Shown: positions 25,031-37,881 of the stretch, in pieces
Layout of the letters: each line of letters begins with the position of its first letter
Numbering within the stretch: position 1 is the first letter of the stretch
DNA from: Felis catus
Lineage: Eukaryota
Assembly (NCBI RefSeq): GCF_018350175.1
Contig: NC_058368.1
Location: 77,936,001 to 78,000,000, forward strand
Direction of reading: 5' to 3'
DNA length: 64,000 nucleotides
Program-made: the position numbers and the translations under genes
Notes under the pieces: model-generated
Database searches by the model: none
The model's input: the letters and a program-made list of their open reading frames with translations, nothing else
What the model was told of the DNA's origin: nothing

Positions 25031-28000
25031 TAACCCTAAAAGATTAAGGTTTCTTAACCCTAAAAGGAATAAAATAAAACATTAGATTTTATTTAGTTTC
25101 ACTGTATACTCCTGCACAAATAACTTCCAGAGGATCTAAAGGAACCAGAGTAGAAACACATTTCCTAACTACTTATAGATTTCTTTTCACATTTTTGGAG
25201 GAAGTATCAGTGCTCTATAAAAGTATTGCAAATGACCCATAATATTGTCTGTGTGCCTAATAGAAACAATTTCCTTCTTCTTTTAACATACAAGTCAGAA
25301 TATTCTTTCTGAAGAATACAAAGTGCATCCATGTATGATTTGGGAGGAGAGATAGTAAAACACATGAAGTCACTTGGAAAGTACAGAATTTCTGCACAGT
25401 CATAAATATAAGCACACAAGTAGCAGTAAAAATGCTACTCATTCAGTCTGATATTAAGGCACAACACTGAAACATCTAAAAAATATACTCAGGACTATTT
25501 TACTGTGGAAAGGCAACAAAATGAAACCTAAGTCGATATCACCTACTAACCACAGGTCTCATTCAAGTATTGTTTCTAGGAGAAACCTGGTGGTATTTTT
25601 GAAAATTCTTTTTAAAATTGTTAATAGCATTTATATTTATGTCCAGCCACAAAAGAAAGGGGTACCGTAATGCTTCTTAAAATGTTTCCAATTAATATTT
25701 ATGCGTACATATGAGAAGCGTGCTTTGGATAACAGGTCGTCATTTTCGGTTCTGATGGTCTTTTATACATTCTGTAGACTCATGACCTTGACAGACAGTC
25801 TCCATCCAACCGGACCAAAGGCATGGCAACTATATGAGTTTCACGTGGCCCTGCATTTTGCCCAATCTCCCTGCTGTTCCTCACTCCCTGTCCCCAAACT
25901 CTTTCTCATCCTCCTGACACGCCACTTGGGTCACATAATCAGTACCTTAGGAAAACACACTGAAACAACGGCAAAACCACTTTGCTCAATAACAAAGATC
26001 GTTAAGAGCTTCCCCCCTACAACTTTAAAATGGGTAAATAAAAAGGCAGTTGGAAATGGAGTCAATACATGTCCGAAAGGGCTGTGTACAACTTGCAAAA
26101 AGAAAACTGAAGTGAGATTTTATCATCAAAGGGCACGTCCGCTCAAAGTTCTGACTGCAGGGTCTTCTGGACATACATCGGACAAACTCTCACCTGCTGG
26201 GACTGACCTCACTGAATCATCAAGAACTATGGTGACCAACACATATCTAATGCGTCACTGGACTATTGCCAGACCAACTATGCAAGGTAAACTGTTATTT
26301 ATTAGGATCTAGAGGAATTGAGCTCTACAATGTATTCAAATCAGTATGACTTTATATATGCTCTCCATAAATTATATTCCAAAAATAATGTTTTTATAAA
26401 GTTCAAGTAAAAAACCACCTCTATGAATACAGAAAAGTATACATTCTCCCACTGGCAATGACAGACACATAATGAAAATATCTCATTAAGAATAGAACAA
26501 AACCCGTAGAATAGAATCAGGATAGACACAATCCGTGAGGTCCTGTTGCTAACATTATATCTGCTCTCTTTATCTATGGAGATTGAAGAATGGAGATTTC
26601 AAATTACTATTTTTGGTTTTGGGAGGCATTAGTGAAGAAATACTTAAATATCAATGAAATGTAATTTCTACTGAATTTCTTGAAATTACACAGCATCTGT
26701 CTTTGCATTATTAATCACTATTAATCTTTCAGATTCAACTGTGAAGTATAATAAAATTAATACCTGCAATTATAAAGCTAAGAATGTTTGCTTATTAGTT
26801 TCACCTACTTTAGCATAAATCAAATGATGAGTAACTTAGATGACTCTCAGATATTAGTGAATGTACTCAGTCCACATGATCATTTTATGAATAGGCAACA
26901 TTTTGCATGCATCACTTGTCTAAGAATGGTTTGCCAAATGGTTAGAATACTCTGCCAGTTCCTGCCAGTTTTTTGGGGGGGTCAGAAAAATAAAATCACA
27001 CTGGACCTTTCACAGGGAGGGATAAAGTATATGCTCTGAAATGTAAACAAAAGCAGGTAAACTATTTCTGTGTGTTAAAGGGGGTGAGTGGGGGTGGGGG
27101 TGGGTGAACATGAAGGTAGTACAGAACACCTTCAGATATCATCAAATTTAGGAGCTAGAGTAGCAGCGACCACGATATTCATTCATTCATTCATTCATCC
27201 AATACACATTTATTTGTTCCCACTATATGCTAGGCATAACATTGATTCTCTTGAGTAGCACTTTGTTAGTTATAATACAACAAAATCAAATCAGTATTAA
27301 GATAATTCATTCATGACAATATGTATGGATTCATCAATGGCATATCTGATATACAAGTCCCATATATATTATTTACATTAGATTATGGTGCTAATTGGAT
27401 GTTGAAATTCCACCAACTATTATGACTTTCTCTGAGTGTTGGTTTCCCAAATGGCAAATGTGGTTAGAATATTTCCTAGCATTTCACAAAGAAACCTTGC
27501 TAAATAGTAATTCTACACCGGGAAATAACTTAACCTCTCCTAGGAGAAACATTTGCAAAAGGATAAATTGATCAAGGACATAATCAATTTACTTTTAATT
27601 TAATTAATTTAATTTACTTTTAATTTAATTTAATTATTTTGTAGATAAAGTGAAGTTATGAAAAAAGGATAAATGCTTTCATTATTAATAAGAAACAGCT
27701 ATTGAGAACCTATTTAACTGTTTTTATATAGTCTTTCTGAAAGGCACTCTTATTGAATTCATATGCCTAAAGCCACTATATAATAATTGGGAAAAAAAAA
27801 GCTTTAAATAGATAGGCTAAGATTTTTTCTTAAGTGTGAAAAGACAGCCATATAGAATCATGCTCACTGGCACACATCTCAGTCTTGAAGCCATACCCAC
27901 TCGATTTTTAAAAATTCTCTGGATGTAGTTTTTGCTTCTTTAACTTAGCTGTGGGCAAACACAATTTGCTTACAGGTGTCCTTACTCAGCACATACAGAG

Positions 28001-28244
28001 GTACCCTCTGTTTATTTCCTTCCTTGTTTACTGGCCCTTCTCATGGTTGGTGAACTTTATAATAACAGCACTGGTAACAGTCTTGTTCGTGGATATAGTC
28101 ACAATCCCTAAAGCACAGGGCCTGGCATCTAATAGATACCAGAAACACAGTTTGAAATGAAGGAGCAAATGAATGAATGGCACCATGCTAAGAATTATGG
28201 ATACCATTGAGAATACAGAGACAAATCCACAAAATTTTTCCCTG

Positions 28245-28618
28245 GAGGCATGCGACAGACACCTGCAATCCTACCCCCACACACATTTCCCAGGCACATT
28301 GTGTGGTTCTATCTTTCTCTGGTTTGACTGGCTCAGCCTTCACAGGCCAGGTTGGATGGGCTAGGGAGTTAAGTTTACCTGGGCGTGGCCTTCAACCACT
28401 GCCATAGGGAATTTAGCACACAGATAACCCAGCTTCTTCCCCCGGGGCAGGAACACACTACAAAGCCTCACAGAGTTCCAGGGGACTGAAACTTCAGCTT
28501 CTCAGACCATCAACCTACTCCAACCATACATCCTTCCCTTCCCTCCCCCATTAGGGGATCAACCCCAAAATAAATTGTTTGCACTCAAATCCTTGTTTCA
28601 GCCTTAACTTCTGGAACA
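28245..28618 (+). mobile_element. Solo LTR, LTR16-like (ERVL)
   Basis: agggagttaa...cttcaaccac; 3' end caaaataaattgtttgcactcaaatccttgtttcag...cttctgg matches the recalled LTR16 terminus. Confidence 0.75.
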
Positions 28619-28639
28619 AGGCACTTATATTCTGGTAGG

Positions 28640-29330
28640 AAATGGCACACTTCAATCACTCTGGTATAATATGAGAAATAATAGAGGCTCTAACAGAGGA
28701 GGTGCAGATCAAGTGCTATGGAAGCTCACGGAAGGGGCTGTTCTTGAAGCATCAGTGGAGATGAGATGGTATTTAAAGAAGAAAGGAACCATGGATTATA
28801 CATCAAGTCCGTCACTACAGGTCCCACTTCAGTGGGTTAAGTCATGAGTGATGGTTAGGATATAGGATATAAGAAGAAAGGGAGGATATTCCTAACAAAG
28901 TAAAAGGGATGAGAAATATACAGAGGCTGTACAGATTTGTATGAAGAACCGTGAGTATTTCTGTTTGGCTGGGCCATACGCTGTGTGAAGTGAGCAGGAA
29001 GAGGGTTGCAAGGGAATGCTGTAACTAGACACAGAACATACCGTAAATCTGCCCAAGAATTGTGATTATTGTCTGTAGGTGATGGGAACCCTTAATTTTT
29101 TTTAAAGGATAAGTGACATGATCCACATGTGCCTTAGGAAAATTGATCTTTCCATTGTGTAAAATACATTAGCACTGGGAAAGAGAGCTGTGAAATCCTT
29201 GTAGAAGGCTAGTCCAATAGTCTAGGCAGCCAATAATGATGCCCAGAAGAAGGTTACAACAGACAGAGTGGAAGAAAAAAGGCAGAAGTGTATATATTAG
29301 AAGCAGCCAGGTTGGCTGTGGGGCAAGGAC
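28640..29330 (-). mobile_element. L2 LINE remnant
   Basis: aagtgctatggaagctca, tctgtaggtgatgggaacc, aagtgacatgatc and agtccaatagtctagg are typical antisense L2 motifs. Confidence 0.7.
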
Positions 29331-29364
29331 GTGACTATGAAAAGGAAGCACAGAAAGCAAGCAG

Positions 29365-29560
29365 ACAGAGAGGGCTTTGAGTCAGACAGTCTTGGCTTTA
29401 ACCCAGTGTGAGCTTTTGCAGGCTCCTTAAATCCTCTGACATGTGAACATTTCCATTTGCCAGAAAGGGAAGAAGACATCCCCACAGGCTTGTGAGGATT
29501 CAAACAGATAATGCATTCGAAGTCAAGCACAGTGCCTGGCGAATATTAAGCATGTGATTA
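29365..29560 (+). mobile_element. MIR SINE
   Basis: gggctttgagtcagac...gtgaggattcaaacagataatgcat...agcacagtgcctggc. Confidence 0.8.
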
Positions 29561-30029
29561 ATTGATGGTAGTTACTGTCAGTGTTGTTAAAACACAAACA
29601 AGTACCCAAAGACTTAAAAAAATGATATCCCCAAGGCCAAAACTTAGCCAAAGACATTACCATATCCAAATAAAGAATTTACCAATGAGAAAAACGGTGA
29701 GGTGTATCATCCTAGAATTAATTATTCAAGAAAGTAGGGGTAAAGACAGGCACATGCCTATAGCACATTGGTCTATGTGAATCATGCAATTCATGCTTCT
29801 TCCTCTACTTCCATGATCTCAAAACAAACCTGAGATTATACTTCAGTGTCACTCGTTGGTCTGACTACAAGAACACAAAATGGCGGCCATGCCGACTTGA
29901 GATGTCTGCTTTCTGTGAAAGTGGTACTCTCATTGGAGTTCGATAAATTCCCATTTGAAATGTATGCATATTCTCCTATGACATGGTTTAGCATGATAAT
30001 ATTCTCAAAATTAAGACAAACTCAAGTGT

Positions 30030-30426
30030 CCAAAAGTACCGACCTTAAGATTCATGTCTAGGCCAATAAGAATTTAGCAAAAAAGATCTGCTTGTACATT
30101 TCCTTTCACTTCCATGTGTGGCACACCAAGGTCCTCCACGCTCCTTGTGGGAGGGTCCCTTCCCTAAGGAAAGAAAAAAGCCTCAAGGCAACCTGGCTAT
30201 GCATCCCTCATGACCTTGTAACATGAGAACACTTAATCCGACTGCATGTTTGTGTGTTACCATATATGGGAGACAAAAGAAGTAAAAAATATATAAATAC
30301 GCCATGTGGCATTCGGGGGCTCAGTTCTTCGGGTACGAACCCAACTGAGGGATGCCAGTAGGAACAAAGTTGCTTCCTGGAGAGAAAAGCCTCAGTGTCA
30401 GGACTCTATGTGGGAATCCGGCTACA
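30030..30426 (+). mobile_element. Probable solo ERV LTR (5' boundary uncertain)
   Basis: TATA (tatataaa ~30290) followed by ttcgggggctcag, a decayed poly(A) signal (aacaaa ~30363) and a ...gctaCA terminus. No convincing TSD found. Confidence 0.55.
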
Positions 30427-32714
30427 TCCTGAATGAATGATTCAACCGTACAGCGTTCCATCCTCCTTCGTTTATATTCATGATCATCTCATCGGCAACA
30501 AGCAGGTTGGAACCATTACGAACTTCAATATAAATCTCTTAACAAATATGACCCTATAGATACCCCGATCTACCCTGGGAAGTTCTGCAGCACAAAGTAT
30601 AGTACACAGAGCGGACACTGGCTTTCCACTGCGCCTAGAAGGCAAGTAAAACAGAAACAAGATGACACACGGTTATATTGACTTATTTTTTGATAACTTA
30701 TGAAGCAAGGTTTGCTGTCCACTGATAGAGAGTTGGGCAGAACAAGACTAAAGGCAGAGAATATCTGGACACAGTGGGAAGAGGGAACAAGGAGAGACGA
30801 CATCGGCTAGCGCTTCTGTCTTACAAGAGCTGGGAGTTACCAAACTGCTGTGGCTCCCCAACACTCAGTTTCCATAAACGCTCCTGAGACTATCGCATGA
30901 GATTACGGAAGCTTCTTAAAGTTCTAACATCCTCTCTGAAGCTGCTAATGCTCCTTAGCCAACACAGGTCCAATCTTACTTCTTTTTATTTCATAATGGG
31001 ATTCCCATAGGTAAATAATAAAAAAAATTATAAAATATTTATCACGACCTATGTTATTTTTTTCTGATTAAAAAAACACTCTCAAGTCAGGGTATTCCTG
31101 TTCTCGAACACAGCGCCAATATTTATTATTTATTACAGCCAGTGAGGCAGAGCGGTAACTCAGATCCAGGCTCACCTCAAGGTGCTTAATAAATATTGAT
31201 GACTCAATCTTGTGTCTAAAGGAAATAGATGTTCTGTTGGTGGGGGGGAGCTCAGGTTTCCTCTCAAGACATGACACAAAAACATTCCATTACAGAACTC
31301 AATTTTTCACTGTTTAGCACTTTGCTTTAGCAGAGACTTTTGAGATCGATTGTTCTTTAATTCACCCACAACTGCACTTAGCAGTTACTCTCTATTTACC
31401 TCGAGATGTTGCCATCAAAAAGTCTGTGTTCTTACATAGCTCTTTTCTACATCTTCCCCACAGATGCACTAAAATTTTGAAGCTTCTTGTCAAGATATAA
31501 TTGGAAAGAGACATGGTGTAATAACTCTTTAAACAGGGCCTTCAAGCAAGCCTTCATATGTTTCCCAAAAATCAGACCGAATGAAGCATAAATGTTCCGT
31601 CCTTCATGCAGGCATCTGACTATCACTCTGAGATAGAACCGGTTCCTGTTAATAAATGTAGCCAGAGACTACCATGGCTCCTACCTTCTATCAGAACATC
31701 AGTGAACATGTATACCAAGCCCCAAACCCAAAGGCACAATTTTTGACCTTCACAGAAAATTGGCAGTCAAATTAAACTTGCCTAAAAACATACAACACCA
31801 GGTTGTGTTCAATAACATAGGAAGCACAGAAGCGCCATCTCTGTTCCAGGTCCATAAGAATATCTAAAACCACACAGTCGAGCAGGGGCTCACAGCCTAT
31901 GACATGCGGACGATGATGAGGGAGAGCGACTACTGACACAAGACGCCATTATCCCCCCAGACGCCACTACCTAGGTTTTGTAAGGACATCTCCAGCGCTG
32001 CCAGGAACAGAACCAACAATAGGGTGTAGTCAGCGTCCAATACCATCGCTGTCACCCAACCCACTCAACACAAAACGGGGGATTTTGCCTGTTTTTGTTT
32101 GGTTTGGTTTTGTTTTTTTATCTCCACATTCCTGACTCCTCCCTTCATCTCCCAGTTACTGGGCTCCTTTCTGCCCTTTATCTTACATGTTTCCTTCCAC
32201 CCCTACTCCCACTCTACACCTCTGTCCAGACAAAGTCTTGCCTTGTTCGGAAAGACATCTTTCTTCTCTATTGTCCCCACACTCTATGAAACTATTGTTC
32301 AATAGATTTCTTAGATCATTTTACTATGTTCCATGCACTTTACCAAGTATTTCCCACATCTTAATTTATTGAATGCTCCTAATAACTCTACAAAATCAGT
32401 ACGATTATTATCTCTATTTGTAGTCGGGGAAAGAGGTAGAAAAAGGATATTCATCTTCCCAAAGTCTTCAGTAAGTAAGGAACACAGGATGTGAGACTGG
32501 GCAGTGGGGCTGAAGAGCTCCTGCTCCTCTCCTCCCCTAAACCCTACTGCCAGACTGCATCATTGTGTAATATGGATTCTTCAACACTGATTAAAATTTG
32601 TTACGATGTGCTTTATGTATCGCTTAGTAGATGATTTTAAAAAATAAATGCACAATATGTAACTAAAAAGGGCTTATATATACACCCTGTAGTTTTAAGC
32701 AGTTTTTAATAAAT

Positions 32715-32880
32715 AACGTTTGTTGTTCAAATCTCTATTTTTGCTTATTTTTCATATTCTTGACCTATCAGTAATTGAGAGAGATGTATTCAAACTTCCC
32801 CTTATGACAGCGGAGTTCCACAGTTCTATCAATTTTGCTCTGTCAATTCTTTAAGCTTTTTTGGTTAATTGAACCCAATT
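32715..32880 (-). mobile_element. Old L1M ORF2 fragment
   Basis: ttgttcaaatctcta...ctatcagtaattgagagagatgtatt...ttctatcaattttgct resembles antisense L1 endonuclease-region sequence. Confidence 0.55.
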
Positions 32881-33610
32881 CTAAAAGACTGTATCTGTGT
32901 GGGGAACTACAGCGAACTCGGAGTGGAAGAAGAAAAGCGACCACAGTGATTCATATTCGAGTGTGAAGGAATCCCCACTCAAACTTTCCAAGGCCATTTA
33001 CATTTTGAATCAAATGATTAAATAATCTTTTTACTTTAAAAATTGAAATAAACCTTTTACTTGTGAATGTTTTTTTGAAGTTATTGATGGACATATTTCT
33101 ATGCAAAAGTAGTTTCCTGAACTGCTTGAATCTCACCAGGACTTTCATCTCAAAGAAAGCTGGCTTCGGGCTCACAAATCTTGTTTCTATCCAAACCAAT
33201 ACTCCCGCAAATTCTCTCCACCCTGATCCATTTTACTGACAGACATTCCTACAGTTCATTCACTAATTGTATTTTTTCATTGTCCATTGCATAAAATGGG
33301 CGTCATGACAGTCAAAATCTTTACAACCTGACTTCAATTTCCATGTTGAGCCCCGAATGCTTACACACTTACCTTATGCTATAAACAAAGCAGTATTTGC
33401 TGGACCTTGACCATGATTTACATTTTCTTATGTCCACATGGTTCTTTCTGTTTGTAAGGCATTTTGTTCCATCTCTACCTGTAAAGATCAGCCATCCTGT
33501 GCAGCTAATTGCAAATGTTTACTTTGTGACGATCAAGCCTTTCACCAAATGGGATCTTTCTCCTACTCTACTGAAACAAAGGTTCTCTTCCAACAGTCAG
33601 GAAGTGAACT

Positions 33611-33641
<31 letters not shown>

Positions 33642-34099
33642 CAGTTTTGTTAATTGTACATTTGTTTTACCTTCCTCTGCCTGTCATTCTCCATGCATTC
33701 TGAGGGCAAAGACTGTTTTACTTATTTCTTCATTTCCCCAAACACCTAGCTCAATAAATATTTGTTCAACAGGCTCATACTTTTGCAAGATGGCGAAACT
33801 CAGGTATAAATCTAATACGAAAGGCAGTGAAGAGTCTCATATGTCCATATTCTGTAATCCACATTCATCATGGCTTTCACTTTTGTTTGACACCAATAAC
33901 CAAAAGTATGTCATGTAATGATCTTCTGGAAGATTAATGGAAAGAGTAGTGTTTCTTCAAGAAGAGTTCTGGGCATTTTTTTAAATTTCAACAAACGTGT
34001 TCAAATCTGGATGTTTCAAATCGAACATTTTACATCTATTAAAATGTATAAATGACTCTCTACTGAGATGGTTAACAAGTTAAAATTGAAAAAAAGGGA

Positions 34100-34323
34100 G
34101 GGGCGCCTGGGTGGCTCAGTCTGACTTCCAAGTAGAGGCGTCCAACTTCGGCTCAGGTCATGATCTCATAGTTCGTGAGTTCGAGCCCCGCGTCAGGCTC
34201 TGTGCTCACAGCTCAGAGACTGGAGCCTGCTTAGGATTATGTGTCTCCCTCTCTTTCTACCCCTCCCCTGCTCCTGCTCTGTCTCTCTCTCTCAAAAATA
34301 AACATCAAAAAAAATTTTTTTAA
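34100..34323 (+). mobile_element. Feline CanSINE
   Basis: TSD gaaaaaaaggga; ~10-nt insertion in the 5' head. Confidence 0.95.
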
Positions 34324-35372
34324 GAAAAAAAGGGAAAACATTTACTTCTAAATTTAATTATTTCTGATTCGTTTCCTGTGTACGATCGGCAGCGTATTTC
34401 ATAGAACGATTTTATGTGTCACCAAATACCATCCCTGTTCTGATTGCTAATGAGGAGCATCTTAAGTGAACCAGTTGTCAATTGAAAGAGCTCCTGTTAT
34501 CTCTGTAAGTGATGTTTTCAATTCTGACAAAATGACAAAGGTGAATCTCAACTACAGTAATCTAAGAGTTCTTCCAAGGCATGGTGAAAACATTCCCAGA
34601 TTCCCTACTTCTTACCAAGGAGCAAACGGGATGTTATATGTTAAGTCATTCCAAAAAGAGTAAAAGGCACAAGAAAATGAAAAGCTGTAAATTCTATCAA
34701 GTACTGGTCTGTCTACCTTCTCGGTAGGTAACTTTATATTCTTTACTAATTTGAGGTATGTAAAAATATTTCAATTGTAGTTTGCAGTTAACAAGACACA
34801 AAACTCACCTTTCTTTTACATTTGTTATGTACAAACGATTGCTTTGAGGCTGCACATAAGATCTCCACATAAGGAGCAGAATGGAAATCTCAAAATAATA
34901 AGTGAACAAGTCTGTATGCTACAGCAGCATTGGCTATTTTTGCTAAATATACTGCATTCCTTTACCGATACGATTATTCTCCGTGAGTTCAGATTATTAA
35001 ATTCCATGTGTCTATTTCTCCTGAATCTCCAGTGTTGACAACACAGTTCTTTGAACAATGTAAACTCAATAAATATTTGTTAACTGACCTGAGAATTAAT
35101 TAATACTCATTAGTCAGGAATAATTTTTGAATCAGAAGCATTGAATGCCCTCTGGTAATTAGCTTAATATCTTGAATATGTAATTGAAGCTAGTAATAAG
35201 AATTAGAAATGTTTAGCATATGAAAATCTATGTGCTAAACAGTGGGGTAGGGAATCTCATGCACATTACTTGATTTACTTATATTATTTGTTCTTTCACC
35301 TGCCAAGGATGAGTCTGAGGATGTGGGAATGAATGAGAGCAGAAAAGTGAAGAATCTAAAGTTAACCAGCTT

Positions 35373-35559
35373 GGGGCGCCTGGTAGCTCAGTCAATTAAA
35401 CATCCAACCTCGGCTCAGGTCATGATCTCCAAGTCCATGAGTTCAAGCCCCACGTGGGGCTCTCTGCTGACAGCTCAGAGCCTGGAGGCTGCCCCAGATT
35501 CTATATCTCCCACTCTCTCTGGTACTTCCTCTGCTCGTACTCTGTCTCTCTCTCAAAAA

Positions 35560-35594
<35 letters not shown>

Positions 35595-35597
35595 AAT
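35373..35597 (+). mobile_element. Feline CanSINE with (AAAT)n tail; its 3' end was later duplicated
   Basis: TSD taaagt(t/c)a(a/g)ccagct. Confidence 0.95.
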
Positions 35598-35704
35598 TAA
35601 AGTCAGCCAGCTGAAAAAAGGCCACTGAGCCACAGGAGAAAGTGTCAATATCTCCCACTCTCTCTGGCACTTCCTCTGCCTGCACTCTGTCTCTCTCTCA
35701 AAAA

Positions 35705-35747
<43 letters not shown>

Positions 35748-35777
35748 ATTTAAAGTCAACCAGCTGAAAAAAGGCCA

Positions 35778-35812
<35 letters not shown>

Positions 35813-35869
35813 ATTTAAAGTCAACCAGCTGAAAAAAGGCCACTGAGCCACAGGCGAAAGTGTCAATAT
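35503..35869. repeat. Nested tandem duplication of a SINE 3' end, (AAAT)n and flank
   Basis: taaagtca(g/a)ccagctgaaaaaaggcca occurs three times; the SINE 3' end occurs twice. Confidence 0.95.
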
Positions 35870-36063
35870 ACAATACACATGTAACATATGGGGGAGTCAC
35901 TAGGCAAGGCCACGTCATTTGTGCCCTGAGACTAGAAGATGAGCAGCAAAATGAGTAACATAACCATTAATACAGTTCCCAACATCTGATCATCTGATCC
36001 ACAGAATACTATTCTGGGGTGACGCTCCTTGGAAATCAATTTGGGAACTGCCTTGGGATATAA

Positions 36064-36264
36064 GGGGGCCCCAGGGGTTCAGTTGGTTAAGTGTCTGACT
36101 CTTGATTTCAGCTCAGGTCATACACTCACAGTTAGTGAGTTCGAGTCCCATGTCAGACTCTACGTCGACAGTGTGGAGACCGCTTGGGATTCTCTCTCCC
36201 TCTCTCTCTGCCCCTCCCCTGTCTGCACTCTCTGTCTCTCAAGGTAAGTAAATAAACATTTAAA

Positions 36265-36316
<52 letters not shown>

Positions 36317-36319
36317 AAA
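36064..36319 (+). mobile_element. CanSINE with (AAAG)n tail
   Basis: SINE body plus ~13 AAAG units. Confidence 0.93.
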
Positions 36320-36539
36320 CCCTAAGAAACCTTTTTTAACATTGTCAAAAACATATTTTAGAAACTGTGTTCTAAGACGATTTTCTCTTAAATGATTAAA
36401 AAGGAAAGAATCTGTAGTGACAGAGAAAATTTTAAGTTGCGTGGGAACTCACTGCCAAGTTCACTTTTACATAGAGAACTGTCAGTGTCTCTGCCATCTG
36501 AACAGCCAGAGCTGTATATATAATAGAAATACAATGCGT

Positions 36540-36739
36540 GGGGCGCCTGGGGAACTCAGTCAGTTAAGTGTCCAACTCTTGATATTGGCTCAGGTCATTG
36601 ATCTCACAATTTGTGGGTTCAAGCCCTGCATCGGACTGTGTGCTAACAGTGCAGAGCCTGCTTGGGATTCTCTCTCTTTCTCTCTCTCTGCCCCTTACCT
36701 GCTCACACTCTCTCTCTCAAAATAAATAAAAAAACGTAT

Positions 36740-36779
<40 letters not shown>

Positions 36780-36851
36780 AAAGAAGAAAGAAGAAGGAAG
36801 GAAGGAAGGAAGGAAGGAAGGAAGGAAGGAAGGAAGGAAGGAAGGAAGGAA

Positions 36852-36899
<48 letters not shown>

Positions 36900-36960
36900 A
36901 AAGATAAAAGAAAAGAAAAGAAAAGAAAAGAAAAGAAAAGAAAAGAAAAGAAAAGAAAAG
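36540..36960 (+). mobile_element. CanSINE with a greatly expanded purine microsatellite tail
   Basis: TSD aaatacaatgc on both sides. Confidence 0.95.
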
Positions 36961-36965
36961 AAAAA
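36740..36965. repeat. Compound (AAAG)n(AAGG)n(AAAG)n(AAAAG)n microsatellite
   Basis: Directly visible; a single pyrimidine at 36905. Confidence 0.98.
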
Positions 36966-37721
36966 TACAATGCAAACCATACAGGTAATTTTAACTACTC
37001 TGGTAACCATTAAAAAGTGCAAAAGAAACAGGTGAAATTAAATTTAATAATACATTTTATTTAATATCATATATCCAAAATCTTATCATTCGGCATGGAA
37101 TCAAAATAAAAATTATTCCTGAGATGGTCTTTCTCTTTTCATACCATATCTTTGAAATCTTGTATTTTTTTCCATTAGCAACATATCTTAATCATATGCT
37201 AAAATGTCAAAGGTCAAATATAGTCCTAGCAAAACAATAAAGGTATGCTTAATGTGAATTTATTTTATACTGTATACTTAATTTAAATCGGTAATTTAAT
37301 TTAAACTGACTGAACTTAAATAAAATTGTACAAATGCATTCCATCAATCTCACTTGACAGCATTTCAGGTGCTCAATAGCCACATAGCCGGGGGCTGCCA
37401 TATGAGACAGCACGGGTTTAGAAGCTTAGCGTATCATCTGCACGAAAACAGAGCCAGCTTACAGCAAGGATGTCATCCACCGAGACGAGAAAAGGTGCAT
37501 GAGCTTCCAGCTGTCCAACACGAGGGTCTATCCAGGTCTTACACAAGGTCACCATGGGAACTGAATTTCTCAAGGAAGGGAGATAAAATGATTTGACTCG
37601 TGTTTAACTCATACTACACTGACCTAGATCATATTTTTTAAAGTCTCGTCATAAACTACAATCCATTTAAACTTTTTATATCTGGATGTGTTTGGGAATG
37701 AAATGGATAATACACGAATTC

Positions 37722-37840
37722 CTTTTTTTCTTTTTTTTTTTTTTTTTTTTTTTTTTTGGAAAAGAAAAGGGAAGGAAAAAAGAAAATAAAAGTTACTCTT
37801 TGGGACAAATCCCTAGCCACGACAATATTATTATTTTTGG

Positions 37841-37879
<39 letters not shown>

Positions 37880-37881
37880 AT
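37722..37881. repeat. Poly(T) run and (AAAT)n microsatellite
   Basis: T run at ~37724-37757; (AAAT)n at ~37842-37881. Confidence 0.95.

Larger units (their letters stand above)
36506..37417. mobile_element. MER33/Charlie5-like hAT element, interrupted by a SINE
   Basis: aatagaaatacaatgc [SINE] ...aaaagaaacaggtgaaattaa...atatccaaaat...catttcaggtgctcaatagccacat...ggctgccatatgagacagcac. Confidence 0.8.

Noticed and set aside
25701..26312. Longest ORF (203 aa)
   Set aside because: No recognisable domain or homology and random-looking composition; plausible by chance in 64 kb. A BLASTp search would settle it.
35556..35869. Repeat-spacer-like alternation superficially resembling a CRISPR array
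   Set aside because: Mammalian DNA; the apparent spacers are copies of each other and are explained by tandem duplication.
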